In this document: positions 47,755 to 57,914 of the stretch, one piece after another
Position numbering within the stretch: the stretch's first letter is position 1
Layout of the letters: every line of letters starts with the position of its first letter
Assembly (NCBI GenBank): GCA_022510945.1
Contig: JAFLSK010000003.1
Span: forward strand, 1,513 to 65,512
Direction: 5' to 3'
Length of the DNA stretch: 64,000 bases
From: Ruminococcus sp.
Lineage (GTDB): Bacteria > Bacillota > Clostridia > Oscillospirales > Acutalibacteraceae
Notes under the pieces: generated by a model
Database searches by the model: none
The model's input: only the letters and a program-made list of their open reading frames with translations
What the model was told of the DNA's origin: nothing
Position numbers and translations under genes: made by a program

Positions 47755-49807
47755 AATCGAGGTGCTCGCGCCGTGCGGCGGGTTTGACTCGGTTGTCGCC
47801 GCGGTGCGCAGCGGAGCCGACGCCGTTTACCTCGGCGCTAAGGAGTTCTCCGCGCGTGCGGGCGCGCAGAATTTTGACTTTAACGAGCTTTCTCAGGCGG
47901 TAAAGTACTGCCACGTTCGCGGCGTGCTCGTCTACCTTACGATAAATACGATTATTTTCGATTCTGAACTCGACAAGGCGAAGGACGTTATCCTCACGGC
48001 GGCGAGGGCGGACGTCGACGCGCTGATTGTGCAGAATATGGGCGTTGCAATGCTCGCGAAAAAAATTGCGCCCGACCTGCCTCTCCATGCGTCCACGCAG
48101 ATGTCCGTTCATTCACCGAGCGGCGCAAGGCTTTTGTGGGAGCTCGGGTTCAAGCGCGTTGTGCTCTCGCGAGAATTGTCGCGCGAGGAAATCAGGGAAA
48201 TCGCCGAAAGCTGTCCGATTGAACTCGAGGTATTCGTCCACGGCGCGCTGTGTATGAGCGTGTCGGGGCAGTGCTATTTCAGTGCGATTTTAGGCTCGCG
48301 CAGCGGAAACCGCGGACGGTGCGCGCAGACCTGCCGACTGCCTTTTTCCGTCGGAAAAAAGGGCGGCTACGCGCTCAGCCTGAAGGACAACAGCGTAATC
48401 AGCCACATTCGCGATATGCAGAGTATCGGCGTGACCTCGGCAAAAATTGAGGGTCGGCTCAAGCGCCCCGAGTACGTCTCGGCGGCGGTGAGGGCGTGTG
48501 TTCAGTCGCGCGACGAGGGCTTTGTTGATGCGAAAACGCAGGACGAGTTAGAGGGTGTTTTCTCTCGCACGGGCTTTACCGACGGCTACTACACCGGTCG
48601 CCGCGGCTATGAAATGTTTGGCTACCGCAAGCGCGAGGACGTCGTTTCGGCTACGCCAAAGCTGCTTTCTGAAATTCGTAACAGCTACAAGGACGAAATG
48701 GCGCGCGTGGAAATAACTGCGAAATTTATCGCAAAGGTCGGAGAAAAGCCGTCGCTGACCGTCACGGACGGAACAAACTCGGCGACAGTTACGGGCGACA
48801 CGGAGTGCGAAAAAGCGATAAATCGACCTCTTGATACGGAAAAATGTCGTGCTCAGCTGTCTAAAACAGGCGGTACGCCCTATACTATAAATGAGTTGGA
48901 AATTTCGCTCGGCGACGAGGTCGCTATGCCGCTCTCAGCGCTTAACGAGTTGCGCCGAAACGCGCTCGAATCTCTGAGCGAAAAGCGTGAAAGCCGCAAT
49001 AATTATAAAATTAACGATATTAAAACAGAAAAATTTGCTCCTCACCGCACATCCGAGCAGAGGACATACGCGCGATTTACCTCGACTAAAATCGGGTCGT
49101 GGTTTAAAACGCTCGACCTATGCTATGTGCCGCTCGACAGCGACGTAGGCGAGGTTCAGCGGCTTTTGAAGGAAGGCTTTAAAATCGGCGTAGAAATTCC
49201 GCGCGCACTGTTCTCGCGCGAGGAAAAGGTGATTTCTAAGCTTGAGGAAATGAAAAGCGTTGGCATTACGGACGTTTTGTGCAACAATCTTGCGGCGGTA
49301 CAAATCGCGAAGGAGCAGGGCTTTAAAATCCACGGCGGATTCGGGCTGAATTTTACAAACACGCTCGACCTTTTGTGGGCTGAGGAGTTCGGCTTTGCGG
49401 ATTGTGAGCTTAGCTTTGAGCTGTCGTTTGAGCAGATAAACGCACTCGGCGGCGCGCTCCCGCGCGGCGTGATAAGCTACGGCTATCTTCCGCTTATGCT
49501 CACCCGAAACTGCCCGAAAAAGAGCGCGAATATGAGTTGCAAGGACTGCAAAGGCAACCCGAAAATGCAGGACAGAATGGATAAATCCTTCATTTTAAGT
49601 TGTGACAGATACGCGACAGAGGTGCTCAACACCGTCCCGCTCGACGTGCTCGACGACGTGGAAAATATAAAAGGAATTGATTTCCACATTTTGCGATTCT
49701 CTGTGGAAAACTCTGTGGAAAACGTGGAAAAGAGAGCGGATTTTTCCAATTATAGCCTAAAAAACAACAAAAAGACCCACGGATTGTATTTTCGCGGAGT
49801 TTTGTGA
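47747..49807 (+). CDS. Peptidase U32-family Fe-S protein (RlhA-like RNA hydroxylase, with a DUF3656-like region)
   Basis: GADAVYLG, HASTQM, HGALCMSVSGQC, NRGRCAQTCR, KIEGR. Confidence 0.88.
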   Translation: MNKIEVLAPCGGFDSVVAAVRSGADAVYLGAKEFSARAGAQNFDFNELSQAVKYCHVRGVLVYLTINTIIFDSELDKAKDVILTAARADVDALIVQNMGVAMLAKKIAPDLPLHASTQMSVHSPSGARLLWELGFKRVVLSRELSREEIREIAESCPIELEVFVHGALCMSVSGQCYFSAILGSRSGNRGRCAQTCRLPFSVGKKGGYALSLKDNSVISHIRDMQSIGVTSAKIEGRLKRPEYVSAAVRACVQSRDEGFVDAKTQDELEGVFSRTGFTDGYYTGRRGYEMFGYRKREDVVSATPKLLSEIRNSYKDEMARVEITAKFIAKVGEKPSLTVTDGTNSATVTGDTECEKAINRPLDTEKCRAQLSKTGGTPYTINELEISLGDEVAMPLSALNELRRNALESLSEKRESRNNYKINDIKTEKFAPHRTSEQRTYARFTSTKIGSWFKTLDLCYVPLDSDVGEVQRLLKEGFKIGVEIPRALFSREEKVISKLEEMKSVGITDVLCNNLAAVQIAKEQGFKIHGGFGLNFTNTLDLLWAEEFGFADCELSFELSFEQINALGGALPRGVISYGYLPLMLTRNCPKKSANMSCKDCKGNPKMQDRMDKSFILSCDRYATEVLNTVPLDVLDDVENIKGIDFHILRFSVENSVENVEKRADFSNYSLKNNKKTHGLYFRGVL

Positions 49808-49860
49808 GGAAAAAATAATCTATTTTCCGCAGTGGAAAATTATATTTTTCTTGTGCAGAA
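49680..49860. promoter_or_regulatory. DnaA-box cluster at the U32 3' end, upstream of dut
   Basis: ATTTCCACA 49680, TGTGGAAAA 49702 and 49714, CGTGGAAAA 49723, TTTTCCGCA 49823, AGTGGAAAA 49831, TGTGCAGAA 49852. Confidence 0.65.
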
Positions 49861-49960
49861 CTTATATAATTCGATTAAAAAATTATAAAAAGTACACAAA
49901 AAGGTGAACAAATGTATTTTTGCAAGTTTTTTTAATTTTTTGCAAGATACGGAGGCATTT

Positions 49961-50401
49961 ATGACCGTTAAAGTAAAAAAACTGCGTAATAGCGCAAAGA
50001 TGCCCACGCGCGGCACGACGGGCTCCGCGGGAATGGACCTTTACGCTTGTATCGACGAGAGCGTAACGATTGAGCCCGGCGGACTGAAAATTATTCCCAC
50101 GGGAATCGCGATTGCCCTGCCCGACAGCAGCGTCGCGGCGTTTCTGTACGCGCGCTCGGGTCTCGGGGTAAAGCACGGAATCTGTCTTTCTAACGGCGTC
50201 GGCGTGGTCGACAGCGACTACCGCGGCGAGGTCTGCGTCGGGCTGTGCAACGTGTCGGATACGCCGTACACAATCGAGCCTCAGGAGAGAATTGCGCAGA
50301 TGGTTATTGCTCCCGTCGTTATGGCAGAGCTTACGGAAACAGACGACCTCGGCGACACGGACCGCGGCGAGGGCGGCTTTGGTTCGACCGGCAAGTCATA
50401 A
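49961..50401 (+). CDS. dut: dUTP diphosphatase
   Basis: SAGMDL, ARSGL, GVVDSDYRGE, RIAQ, RGEGGFGSTG; GGAGG RBS before MTVKV. Confidence 0.97.
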   Translation: MTVKVKKLRNSAKMPTRGTTGSAGMDLYACIDESVTIEPGGLKIIPTGIAIALPDSSVAAFLYARSGLGVKHGICLSNGVGVVDSDYRGEVCVGLCNVSDTPYTIEPQERIAQMVIAPVVMAELTETDDLGDTDRGEGGFGSTGKS

Positions 50402-50534
50402 AGGGTACATATGCCGAAAAAAGGCGCGTATATTAAATACAAATTGTGACAAATAATTATTGATTTCAAGCCGTTTATAGGCTATAATCAAGTAAAATGG
50501 GAATATATATGAAAGAATAGGAAGGAGAAGGACT

Positions 50535-51545
50535 ATGTTTTCTTTTTCAAAAGAGATAGGAATTGATTTGGGTACAGCTAACACCCTCGTCTGCATCAAG
50601 GGCAAGGGTATCGTTATGCGCGAGCCCTCGGTTGTCGCTGTTGACATCCGCACCGACAGCGTTCTCGCAGTCGGCGAGCAGGCGCGCGATATGATAGGCA
50701 GAACTCCGGGGTCGATTGTTGCGGTTCGTCCGCTTAAGGACGGCGTTATTGCTGACTTCGACATCACCGCCACTATGCTCAAGCACTTTATCAGAAAGGC
50801 AGCAAAGCCCGGTCTGTTCAGCAAGCCGCGCATCGTAATCTGTATGCCCACGGGCGTTACAGAAGTCGAGAGACGCGCTGTTGAAAACGCGGCTGTTCAG
50901 GCGAGCGGAAGCAAGAATATCACCCTCATCGAGGAGCCTATGGCCGCGGCTATCGGCGCGGGTATGCCCGTGGACGAGCCTACCGGCTCGATGGTAGTCG
51001 ACATCGGCGGCGGCACCTCCGAGGTAGCCGTTATCTCGCTGGGCGACATCGTTACGGCGTGCTCCGTGCGCGTTGCAGGCGACAAGTTCGACGAGGCTAT
51101 CGTTACTTATATCAAAAAGACGTACAATCTCCTTATCGGTGACCGCACCGCCGAGGAAATTAAGCTGACTATCGGCTCGGCGTACCCGTACGACGACGAG
51201 CGCGATATGCTCGTAAAGGGCCGTTCGCTCGAGAGCGGACTGCCGAAGGACATTACGATTACTGCCGCGGAAATCCGCGACGCTCTCGCTGACCCGCTGA
51301 TGGTTATTATCGAGGCAATCAAGAACACCCTCGAGAAAACTCCGCCCGAGCTCTCCGCCGACATTATCGACCACGGAATTATGCTCACCGGCGGCGGCGC
51401 AATGCTCAGAGGTCTCGACCGTCTCGTTATGCAGGAGACGGGTATGCCCGTTCACGTTGCACAGAGCCCGCTCGACTGCGTGGTTGAGGGCGCGGGTAAG
51501 CGTTTAGACGGCGCTAAAATGGAGTACAAGCATAACAGAGAATAA
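50535..51545 (+). CDS. mreB: Rod shape-determining protein MreB
   Basis: [36 protein letters not shown]. Confidence 0.98.
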   Translation: MFSFSKEIGIDLGTANTLVCIKGKGIVMREPSVVAVDIRTDSVLAVGEQARDMIGRTPGSIVAVRPLKDGVIADFDITATMLKHFIRKAAKPGLFSKPRIVICMPTGVTEVERRAVENAAVQASGSKNITLIEEPMAAAIGAGMPVDEPTGSMVVDIGGGTSEVAVISLGDIVTACSVRVAGDKFDEAIVTYIKKTYNLLIGDRTAEEIKLTIGSAYPYDDERDMLVKGRSLESGLPKDITITAAEIRDALADPLMVIIEAIKNTLEKTPPELSADIIDHGIMLTGGGAMLRGLDRLVMQETGMPVHVAQSPLDCVVEGAGKRLDGAKMEYKHNRE

Positions 51546-51645
51546 AATCTGAAAATAAAACAAGGGGTCGGGAGACGGAAAGGTTAGCGATAACCGACCG
51601 TGCCCGACTTTATATTTTATAATCCTATTTTTAAGGAACATCATT

Positions 51646-52497
51646 ATGAAAGAATTTTTTTCCGACAAAAGCGTAAAAATTCTCGCAGCGACGCTTGCGG
51701 TGATTATAGTAGTCGCGATACTCGGCGCGACAGGTAACCCGTGGGTGTCGTCGGCGTTCAATTTTCTGACGAAAGGTCTGTCGCAGGTAACCGCGGCGGC
51801 GAGCGACGCCGCGAGCAATAAGACATACGACGAGCTGAAGGAAGAGAACGAAAGGCTTAAGAAAGAGGCAGCCGACCTGCGCGCTCAGCTTGTGGACTAC
51901 TACGATTTAAAGGACGAGAACGCGCGCTTGTGGAAATACTATCAGATAAAAAAGGCGCACACTGACTACGAGCTTATGCCCGCGTCGGTTATCCGCCGCG
52001 ACACGAGCGAGGAATTCTACTCGTTTACGATTGACGTGGGCACCGCTTCGGGTATCGAGGAGCAGGACCCCGTAATCACCGCAAACGGACTCATCGGTTT
52101 CGTAAGCTCAGTAAACGCCGCGAGCGCGAAGGTCACGACGATTCTCTCTCCCGACCTTAAAGCGGGCGCGCTGAGCAAAAGGACGAAGGATACGGGCGTT
52201 GTTTCTGGCAACGTCCTCTACACGGATAAAAATATGACCGCGCTGACGAAAATCGACGCCAACGCAACGCTTAAAAAGGGCGATATTATCGTGACGTCGG
52301 GCATCGGAGGAGTGTATCCGGCCGACCTCATTATCGGCGAGGTGGAATCAATCGAGTACGACGAGTATGATGCGACGAAGTATGCGGTTGTCAGGTCGTA
52401 CGAGGACATTAAGAGCGTGACCGACGTCGTTGTTCTGACCGATTTCAAGAACAAGGGCGAAGTAAGAATCAGCAAGAAAAGCACGGGGGCGGATTGA
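51646..52497 (+). CDS. mreC: Rod shape-determining protein MreC
   Basis: N-terminal TM, coiled coil, GLIGFV, VTSGIGGVYP. Confidence 0.93.
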   Translation: MKEFFSDKSVKILAATLAVIIVVAILGATGNPWVSSAFNFLTKGLSQVTAAASDAASNKTYDELKEENERLKKEAADLRAQLVDYYDLKDENARLWKYYQIKKAHTDYELMPASVIRRDTSEEFYSFTIDVGTASGIEEQDPVITANGLIGFVSSVNAASAKVTTILSPDLKAGALSKRTKDTGVVSGNVLYTDKNMTALTKIDANATLKKGDIIVTSGIGGVYPADLIIGEVESIEYDEYDATKYAVVRSYEDIKSVTDVVVLTDFKNKGEVRISKKSTGAD

Positions 52498-53006
52498 TGA
52501 ACACACGTTACACCGCCGTTCGTTACACGGCGTACGCGCTCGAGCTTTTGCTTTTGTTCGTGCTACAGAGCACGCCGCGACTTTTGCCCGAGATTCTCGG
52601 CGGAAAACCGCTGTTGCTTTTGCCCGCGGCACTTACAATCGCGTTTTTGGAGGACAGTATTCCGGCGATGTTCTTCGGGCTTGCGGGCGGCGTTCTGCTC
52701 GACTTCGGATACAGCGACAATGTCGGGTATTACGCGTTTTTGCTGACGATAATCTGCTTTGTGCTCAGCCTGATTTTCCGCGACTATATGGTTGTAAGCT
52801 TTCTCAACGCGACTGCGTTCACCGCGGCGATTACGAGCGTGCTGATGTGCGTGTACTTCCTGTTTTTCTTTATCTTCGCGGGCAGGGAAAACTCGCTTAT
52901 CTACTTTGTTCAGCACTATATTTCGAGGATAATTTTCACGATACTGTGCGGTATGCCGCTGTATCTCCTAAATAAATTTATTTACAGAAATCTCAGGGAC
53001 GTCTGA
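52494..53006 (+). CDS. mreD: Rod shape-determining protein MreD
   Basis: Polytopic membrane protein, GLAGGVLLD; follows mreC. Confidence 0.88.
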   Translation: MMNTRYTAVRYTAYALELLLLFVLQSTPRLLPEILGGKPLLLLPAALTIAFLEDSIPAMFFGLAGGVLLDFGYSDNVGYYAFLLTIICFVLSLIFRDYMVVSFLNATAFTAAITSVLMCVYFLFFFIFAGRENSLIYFVQHYISRIIFTILCGMPLYLLNKFIYRNLRDV

Positions 53007-53031
53007 GGCTTTTAAATGACGGCGAAAAGAG

Positions 53032-55110
53032 GTGATTTTTACGCTTATAAACGACGAAAAAGAGAGGGAACTCTCGGAAAAACGGTTCTTAAACAAGAGA
53101 ATAACAATCTGCTCAATTATTTTGCTATTAATACTTTTCGGCTTTGTGTCGAAGCTGTTTTTCTGGCAGGTGGTCGAAGGCGAGTCCTACCGAAAGGTTG
53201 CCGACAATTCCACCGCCTACACCGTCACAACCGACTCAACGCGCGGCGAGATACTCGACCGAAACGGCGTCGGTCTCGCGGTTAACCGAACGGGCTACCA
53301 AATCGCGCTTGACAAGCTGTTCATCGACCCCGAAAAGCTCAACGAAACGATACTTTCGCTTGTTGACCTTATGGACAGAAACGGCGAGAAGTGGATAGAT
53401 ATTCTCCCGATAAGCGTAAATTCCACCGACGGCTACAGCTTTAAAAAGGACTCGCAAGACGAAATAAAGACCCTCAAGTCCGAGGATTTTCTCAACCTCA
53501 AAAACAACGAAAACGCGGAGTACTGCATTTCCCTACTCTGCGAGCGTTACAAAATCGAGGGTATGGACGACAGGAAAACCCTTCGCGACCTGCTCTCGGT
53601 GCGTTACAATATGGAGCGCACGCTCTACTCGAACACGAATCCGTATATTTTCGCGCAGGGCATAAGCTCCGATATGGTCGCGATTGTCAGCGAAAATATG
53701 CAGAGCGTGACGGGCGTGGAAATACAGACCTACCTCACGCGCTACAATCCCTCAGGCACGCTTGCGCCGCATATCGTCGGCGCGCTCGGCAAAATCAATC
53801 AGGAGGAGTACGAGCAAAAGCAGAAAGAGGGCAAGGACTACGGATTTAACGATTATATAGGTAAGTTCGGGCTCGAGCTTGCGTACGAAGACCAGCTTAA
53901 GGGCGTCGGCGGCGAAAAAATCGTGCAGAAAAACGCCGAGGGCAACATCACGAAGGTTGTCCGCTCCGAGGACGCAAAGCCCGGAAACACGCTCTACCTC
54001 ACTCTCGACAGCAAGCTTCAGGCGGTCGCGAACAACGCTCTTGCGACTCAAATTAAGGCGGCTAAGGCGGCGGGTCAGGTTGAGGCAAGCTACAAAGGCA
54101 AGGGTTACGGCGAGGATTGCGAGACGGGTGCTGTGGTTATGCTCAATGTGCGCGACTTCTCCGTGCTGGCGGCGGCGAGCTACCCGACCTACGACCTCAA
54201 CCGCTACTCAAACTACGGAAATTACTACGTCAAGCTAAGCACCGACAAAAGAGCGCCTATGTACAACCGCGCATTTATCGGTTCGTTCGCGCCCGGCTCG
54301 GTGTTTAAGCCCGCGGTCGCGGCGGCTGCTCTCGAAGAGGGCATTATCAACACGGACACGCACATAACGTGTACAAAATATTATGACTACTACCCGACAA
54401 ATCCCGTGGCGTGTATGGGACATCACGGCTCGATAAACCTCACCACCGCGCTCGAGAAGAGCTGCAACTACTACTTCGCCGAGACGGGCAGACTGCTCGG
54501 TATCAACACGATGTACCTCTACGCCGAGAAGTTCGGGCTCGGCGCAAAAACAGGGCTCGAGGTCAGCGAGAGCACAGGCTTTCTCGCGGGCAGAGACAGT
54601 AAGGCGTGGATGGACGGCAACACCGTACAGGCGGCTATCGGCCAGTCGGACAACGCCTTCACACCCGTTCAGCTTGCGACCTATGTGGCGACTATCGCGA
54701 ACAACGGCACACGGCTGAAAACGCACATTGTCGGCGAAATCCGCGACTACGAGCGCAAGGAAACGGTCTATAAATACAACAAGAAAAAGCCCGAGGTCGA
54801 GAGCACAGCGGGAGTTTCGAAAGCAAACCTCAAAAAGGTTCAGGACGCTATGAGAGGCGTTGTCGCCTCACCTCAGGGTACGGCGTATTCGGTATTCGGT
54901 AATTATGAAATCCCGATTGCATCAAAGACAGGTACGGCGGAAAACGCAGGCTCCGATCACACCGTCTTTATCTGCTACGCTCCATTCGATAAGCCCGAGG
55001 TGGCTGTCGCCGTTGTTTTGGAGCACGGCGCACACGGCAAATACAGTATGTCGGTTGCGAAAGCTCTGCTCGACGAGTACTTCGGAGTAAACAAAAAATC
55101 GGCCGAATAG
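53032..55110 (+). CDS. mrdA: Class B penicillin-binding protein 2
   Basis: TM, RGEILDRNG, SVFK (SxxK), SCN (SxN), KTGTAE. Confidence 0.93.
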   Translation: MIFTLINDEKERELSEKRFLNKRITICSIILLLILFGFVSKLFFWQVVEGESYRKVADNSTAYTVTTDSTRGEILDRNGVGLAVNRTGYQIALDKLFIDPEKLNETILSLVDLMDRNGEKWIDILPISVNSTDGYSFKKDSQDEIKTLKSEDFLNLKNNENAEYCISLLCERYKIEGMDDRKTLRDLLSVRYNMERTLYSNTNPYIFAQGISSDMVAIVSENMQSVTGVEIQTYLTRYNPSGTLAPHIVGALGKINQEEYEQKQKEGKDYGFNDYIGKFGLELAYEDQLKGVGGEKIVQKNAEGNITKVVRSEDAKPGNTLYLTLDSKLQAVANNALATQIKAAKAAGQVEASYKGKGYGEDCETGAVVMLNVRDFSVLAAASYPTYDLNRYSNYGNYYVKLSTDKRAPMYNRAFIGSFAPGSVFKPAVAAAALEEGIINTDTHITCTKYYDYYPTNPVACMGHHGSINLTTALEKSCNYYFAETGRLLGINTMYLYAEKFGLGAKTGLEVSESTGFLAGRDSKAWMDGNTVQAAIGQSDNAFTPVQLATYVATIANNGTRLKTHIVGEIRDYERKETVYKYNKKKPEVESTAGVSKANLKKVQDAMRGVVASPQGTAYSVFGNYEIPIASKTGTAENAGSDHTVFICYAPFDKPEVAVAVVLEHGAHGKYSMSVAKALLDEYFGVNKKSAE

Positions 55111-55126
55111 CAAAAAATCAAGAAAT

Positions 55127-55172
55127 AAGCCGCCGTTTGGGGAAAGTGCCTAAACGGCGGCAGATTTTTTTG
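55127..55172 (+). terminator. Hairpin/terminator after pbp2
   Basis: GCCGCCGTTTGG...CCTAAACGGCGGC followed by a T-run. Confidence 0.65.
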
Positions 55173-55241
55173 GTGAAAAAACCCGCATTTTTTCGTTGCT
55201 CTTTTGGTGGTTTTGTGGTAAGATATATGCGAGGTAGTATT

Positions 55242-55982
55242 ATGAACAATATAATTGTCGTAGCCTCCGGAAAGGGCGGTACGGGAAAATCGACCGTTGC
55301 CGTGGGACTTTCGGTGGCTTTGGTACAACTTAATAAGCGGGTTCTGCTCATCGACTGCGACTGCGGTATGCGCGGACTCGACCTTATGCTGGACGTCGAG
55401 TCGGAGATTCTCTTCGACTGCTCTGACGCTGTGTGCGGAAACTGCACGCCCGAGGAGGCTGTCTATCGAAGCAAAAATCTCGGGAATCTCTACCTTATGG
55501 CGGCTCCGTTCGACACGGACAACGAAATCAGCCCGTCGGTATTTTCGCAGCTTGTGGACGAATTGCGCGGCGGCTACGATTATGTTATAATAGATTCGCC
55601 CGCGGGTCTCGGCTCGGGATTTGTATGCGCGGCGACTCCGGCGGATACGGCGCTTGTCGTTACTAACGCTGAGCCCGTCAGCCTGCGCGGCGCGGTGAAG
55701 GTACGCCGCAAGCTTCTGGAGCTCGGTATGGAGAGCATACGCCTTGTGATTAACCGCTTTGAGCGGGCGCATTTTTCGCAGCTTGAGTGCTACGAGGACC
55801 TCGACGAGGTTGTCGACATCTCGGGGACTCAGCTTATCGCGCTTATTCCGCGTGACACGCGGCTCTCCGCGATGATGCAGAACGGACTCACGGGGCTCGG
55901 ATGGTGTCCCGCGTCAAACGTGTTCAACTGTCTTGCGCGCAGGATTGAGGGCGAGAACGTACCGCTTGCATTTAAAGGATAA
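55242..55982 (+). CDS. minD: MinD-family ATPase
   Basis: SGKGGTGKST, DCDCGMRGLD, IDSPAG; start at MNNII with GAGGT RBS. Confidence 0.85.
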   Translation: MNNIIVVASGKGGTGKSTVAVGLSVALVQLNKRVLLIDCDCGMRGLDLMLDVESEILFDCSDAVCGNCTPEEAVYRSKNLGNLYLMAAPFDTDNEISPSVFSQLVDELRGGYDYVIIDSPAGLGSGFVCAATPADTALVVTNAEPVSLRGAVKVRRKLLELGMESIRLVINRFERAHFSQLECYEDLDEVVDISGTQLIALIPRDTRLSAMMQNGLTGLGWCPASNVFNCLARRIEGENVPLAFKG

Positions 55983-56040
55983 ATTTTTATAATAGATATA
56001 TATAGATATATAGGGAAAACGGATTTACGGAGGTTTTGAA

Positions 56041-56436
56041 ATGAATATAGCACTTATTGCTCACGACGAGAAAAAGGAGCTGATGATTCAGTTCTGTATC
56101 GCTTACTGCGGCATTCTCAGCCGTAACAACCTGTGTGCTACAGGCACAACGGGCAAGATTATTGCGGAGGCAACGGGTCTCGAAATCACAGGGTTCCTCG
56201 CAGGTTCTCAGGGCGGCGACCAGCAGATTGCGGCTCGTATCGCGTGCAACGAGATTGATATGCTCCTATTCTTCCGCGATCCGCTCAATCCTAAGCCGAA
56301 CGAGCCCAACGATATTAACCTTCTGCGCCTTTGCGATATGCACAACATTCCTGTCGCTACGAACATCGCGACCGCCGAGGTGCTTATCCACGGTCTCGAG
56401 CGCGGCGACCTCGACTGGAGAAATATTATAAAGTGA
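56041..56436 (+). CDS. mgsA: Methylglyoxal synthase
   Basis: [32 protein letters not shown]. Confidence 0.95.
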   Translation: MNIALIAHDEKKELMIQFCIAYCGILSRNNLCATGTTGKIIAEATGLEITGFLAGSQGGDQQIAARIACNEIDMLLFFRDPLNPKPNEPNDINLLRLCDMHNIPVATNIATAEVLIHGLERGDLDWRNIIK

Positions 56437-56592
56437 TATTTTCCGCGCAAAGAAAACGCGCGGACAGAAAGCGCACCCAATTTAATCTCCTATCGGGCGG
56501 CAAGAGCTGCCCGTTAGTTGCGTTATATGGGTGTTGAGGTCGGATAGGATAGAAATGTTTTGTACATCATATGATGTTTTGGAGGTAATTTT

Positions 56593-57885
56593 ATGGGAAT
56601 TATTACGAAGAAAATCAAGGGCACAGAGGACGTTCTGCCGAAGCAGAGCTACCGCTGGCAATTTATAGAAAATATTATGCGCGAGGAGGCCGCAAAATTC
56701 GGCTTTAAGGAAATCCGCACGCCTGTTTTTGAGCATACCGAGCTGTTCGCGCGCGGCGTGGGCTCGACTACCGACGTTGTGCAGAAGGAGATGTACACCT
56801 TCGACACGAAGGGCGGCGAGAGCGTTACCCTCCGTCCCGAAGGCACCGCAGGCGCGGCGCGCGCTGTGCTTGAGCACGCGCTTACAAACGAGGGTCTGCC
56901 GATTAAGGCGTATTACCTCACCTCCTGCTACCGCTACGAAAAGCCGCAGGCAGGACGACTTCGCGAGTTCCACCAGTTCGGTATCGAGGAGTATGGTACC
57001 TCGTCTCCGATTGCGGACGCGGAGGTTATCTCGCTCGCGGACTCGATTTTCAAGCGTTTGCAGATTGAGAATCTCCACCTCGAAATCAACTCTATCGGCT
57101 GTCCCGAGTGCCGCCCGAATTTCCACAAGGCGCTTAAGGACTACTTCGCTGAATATAAGGGCGAGCTGTGCGAAACTTGCCTTACCCGTCTCGACAAAAA
57201 TCCGATGCGTATTCTCGACTGTAAAAGCCCCGTGTGCTCGAAAATCGCCGAAAACGCGCCGAAAATCACGGACTTTCTCTGCGAGGAGTGCGAGACAAGC
57301 TTTGAGCAGGTTCAGAATTACCTGAAAATCGCAGGAATAGATTACAAGGTCAACCCCACGATTGTGCGCGGGCTCGACTACTATACAAAGACGGTGTTCG
57401 AGTTCGTTTCGGACGCAATCGGAAGTCAGGGTACTGTGTGCGGCGGCGGCCGCTACGACGGACTTATCGAGGAGTTAGGCGGTCAGCACCTGCCCTCGCT
57501 CGGCTACGCTATGGGTCTCGAGAGACTTCTGATGGTTATGGAAAATCAGGGTATTGAGATTCCCGCTCCCGAGACGTGTGCGCTCTATGTCGCGGGTCTC
57601 GGCGAAAAGGCTCAGGAAAAGGCGTTCGAGCTTATCGCGCAGGTTCGCTTGTGCGGACTTTCGGCGGAGACCGACGTTGTCGGCAGAGGGCTGAGAGCGC
57701 AGATGAAGTACGCCGATAAAATCGGTGCGCAGTTCAGCCTTGTGCTCGGTGACAACGAGCTTGAGGAGAACAAGGCGAAGGTCAAGAATATGACCACGGG
57801 AGAACAGACGGAAATCTCCCTCGACGATACATTTGCGGAGAAGTTCTCGGCAATCCAGATGACGGCTAAATTTGACAGGAATTAA
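56593..57885 (+). CDS. hisS: Histidyl-tRNA synthetase
   Basis: LRPEGTA, RYEKPQAGRLREFHQ, VRGLDYY, GGGRYD. Confidence 0.98.
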   Translation: MGIITKKIKGTEDVLPKQSYRWQFIENIMREEAAKFGFKEIRTPVFEHTELFARGVGSTTDVVQKEMYTFDTKGGESVTLRPEGTAGAARAVLEHALTNEGLPIKAYYLTSCYRYEKPQAGRLREFHQFGIEEYGTSSPIADAEVISLADSIFKRLQIENLHLEINSIGCPECRPNFHKALKDYFAEYKGELCETCLTRLDKNPMRILDCKSPVCSKIAENAPKITDFLCEECETSFEQVQNYLKIAGIDYKVNPTIVRGLDYYTKTVFEFVSDAIGSQGTVCGGGRYDGLIEELGGQHLPSLGYAMGLERLLMVMENQGIEIPAPETCALYVAGLGEKAQEKAFELIAQVRLCGLSAETDVVGRGLRAQMKYADKIGAQFSLVLGDNELEENKAKVKNMTTGEQTEISLDDTFAEKFSAIQMTAKFDRN

Positions 57886-57914
57886 TCCAAATTATAGGTA
57901 GGAGTAATCAGAAT

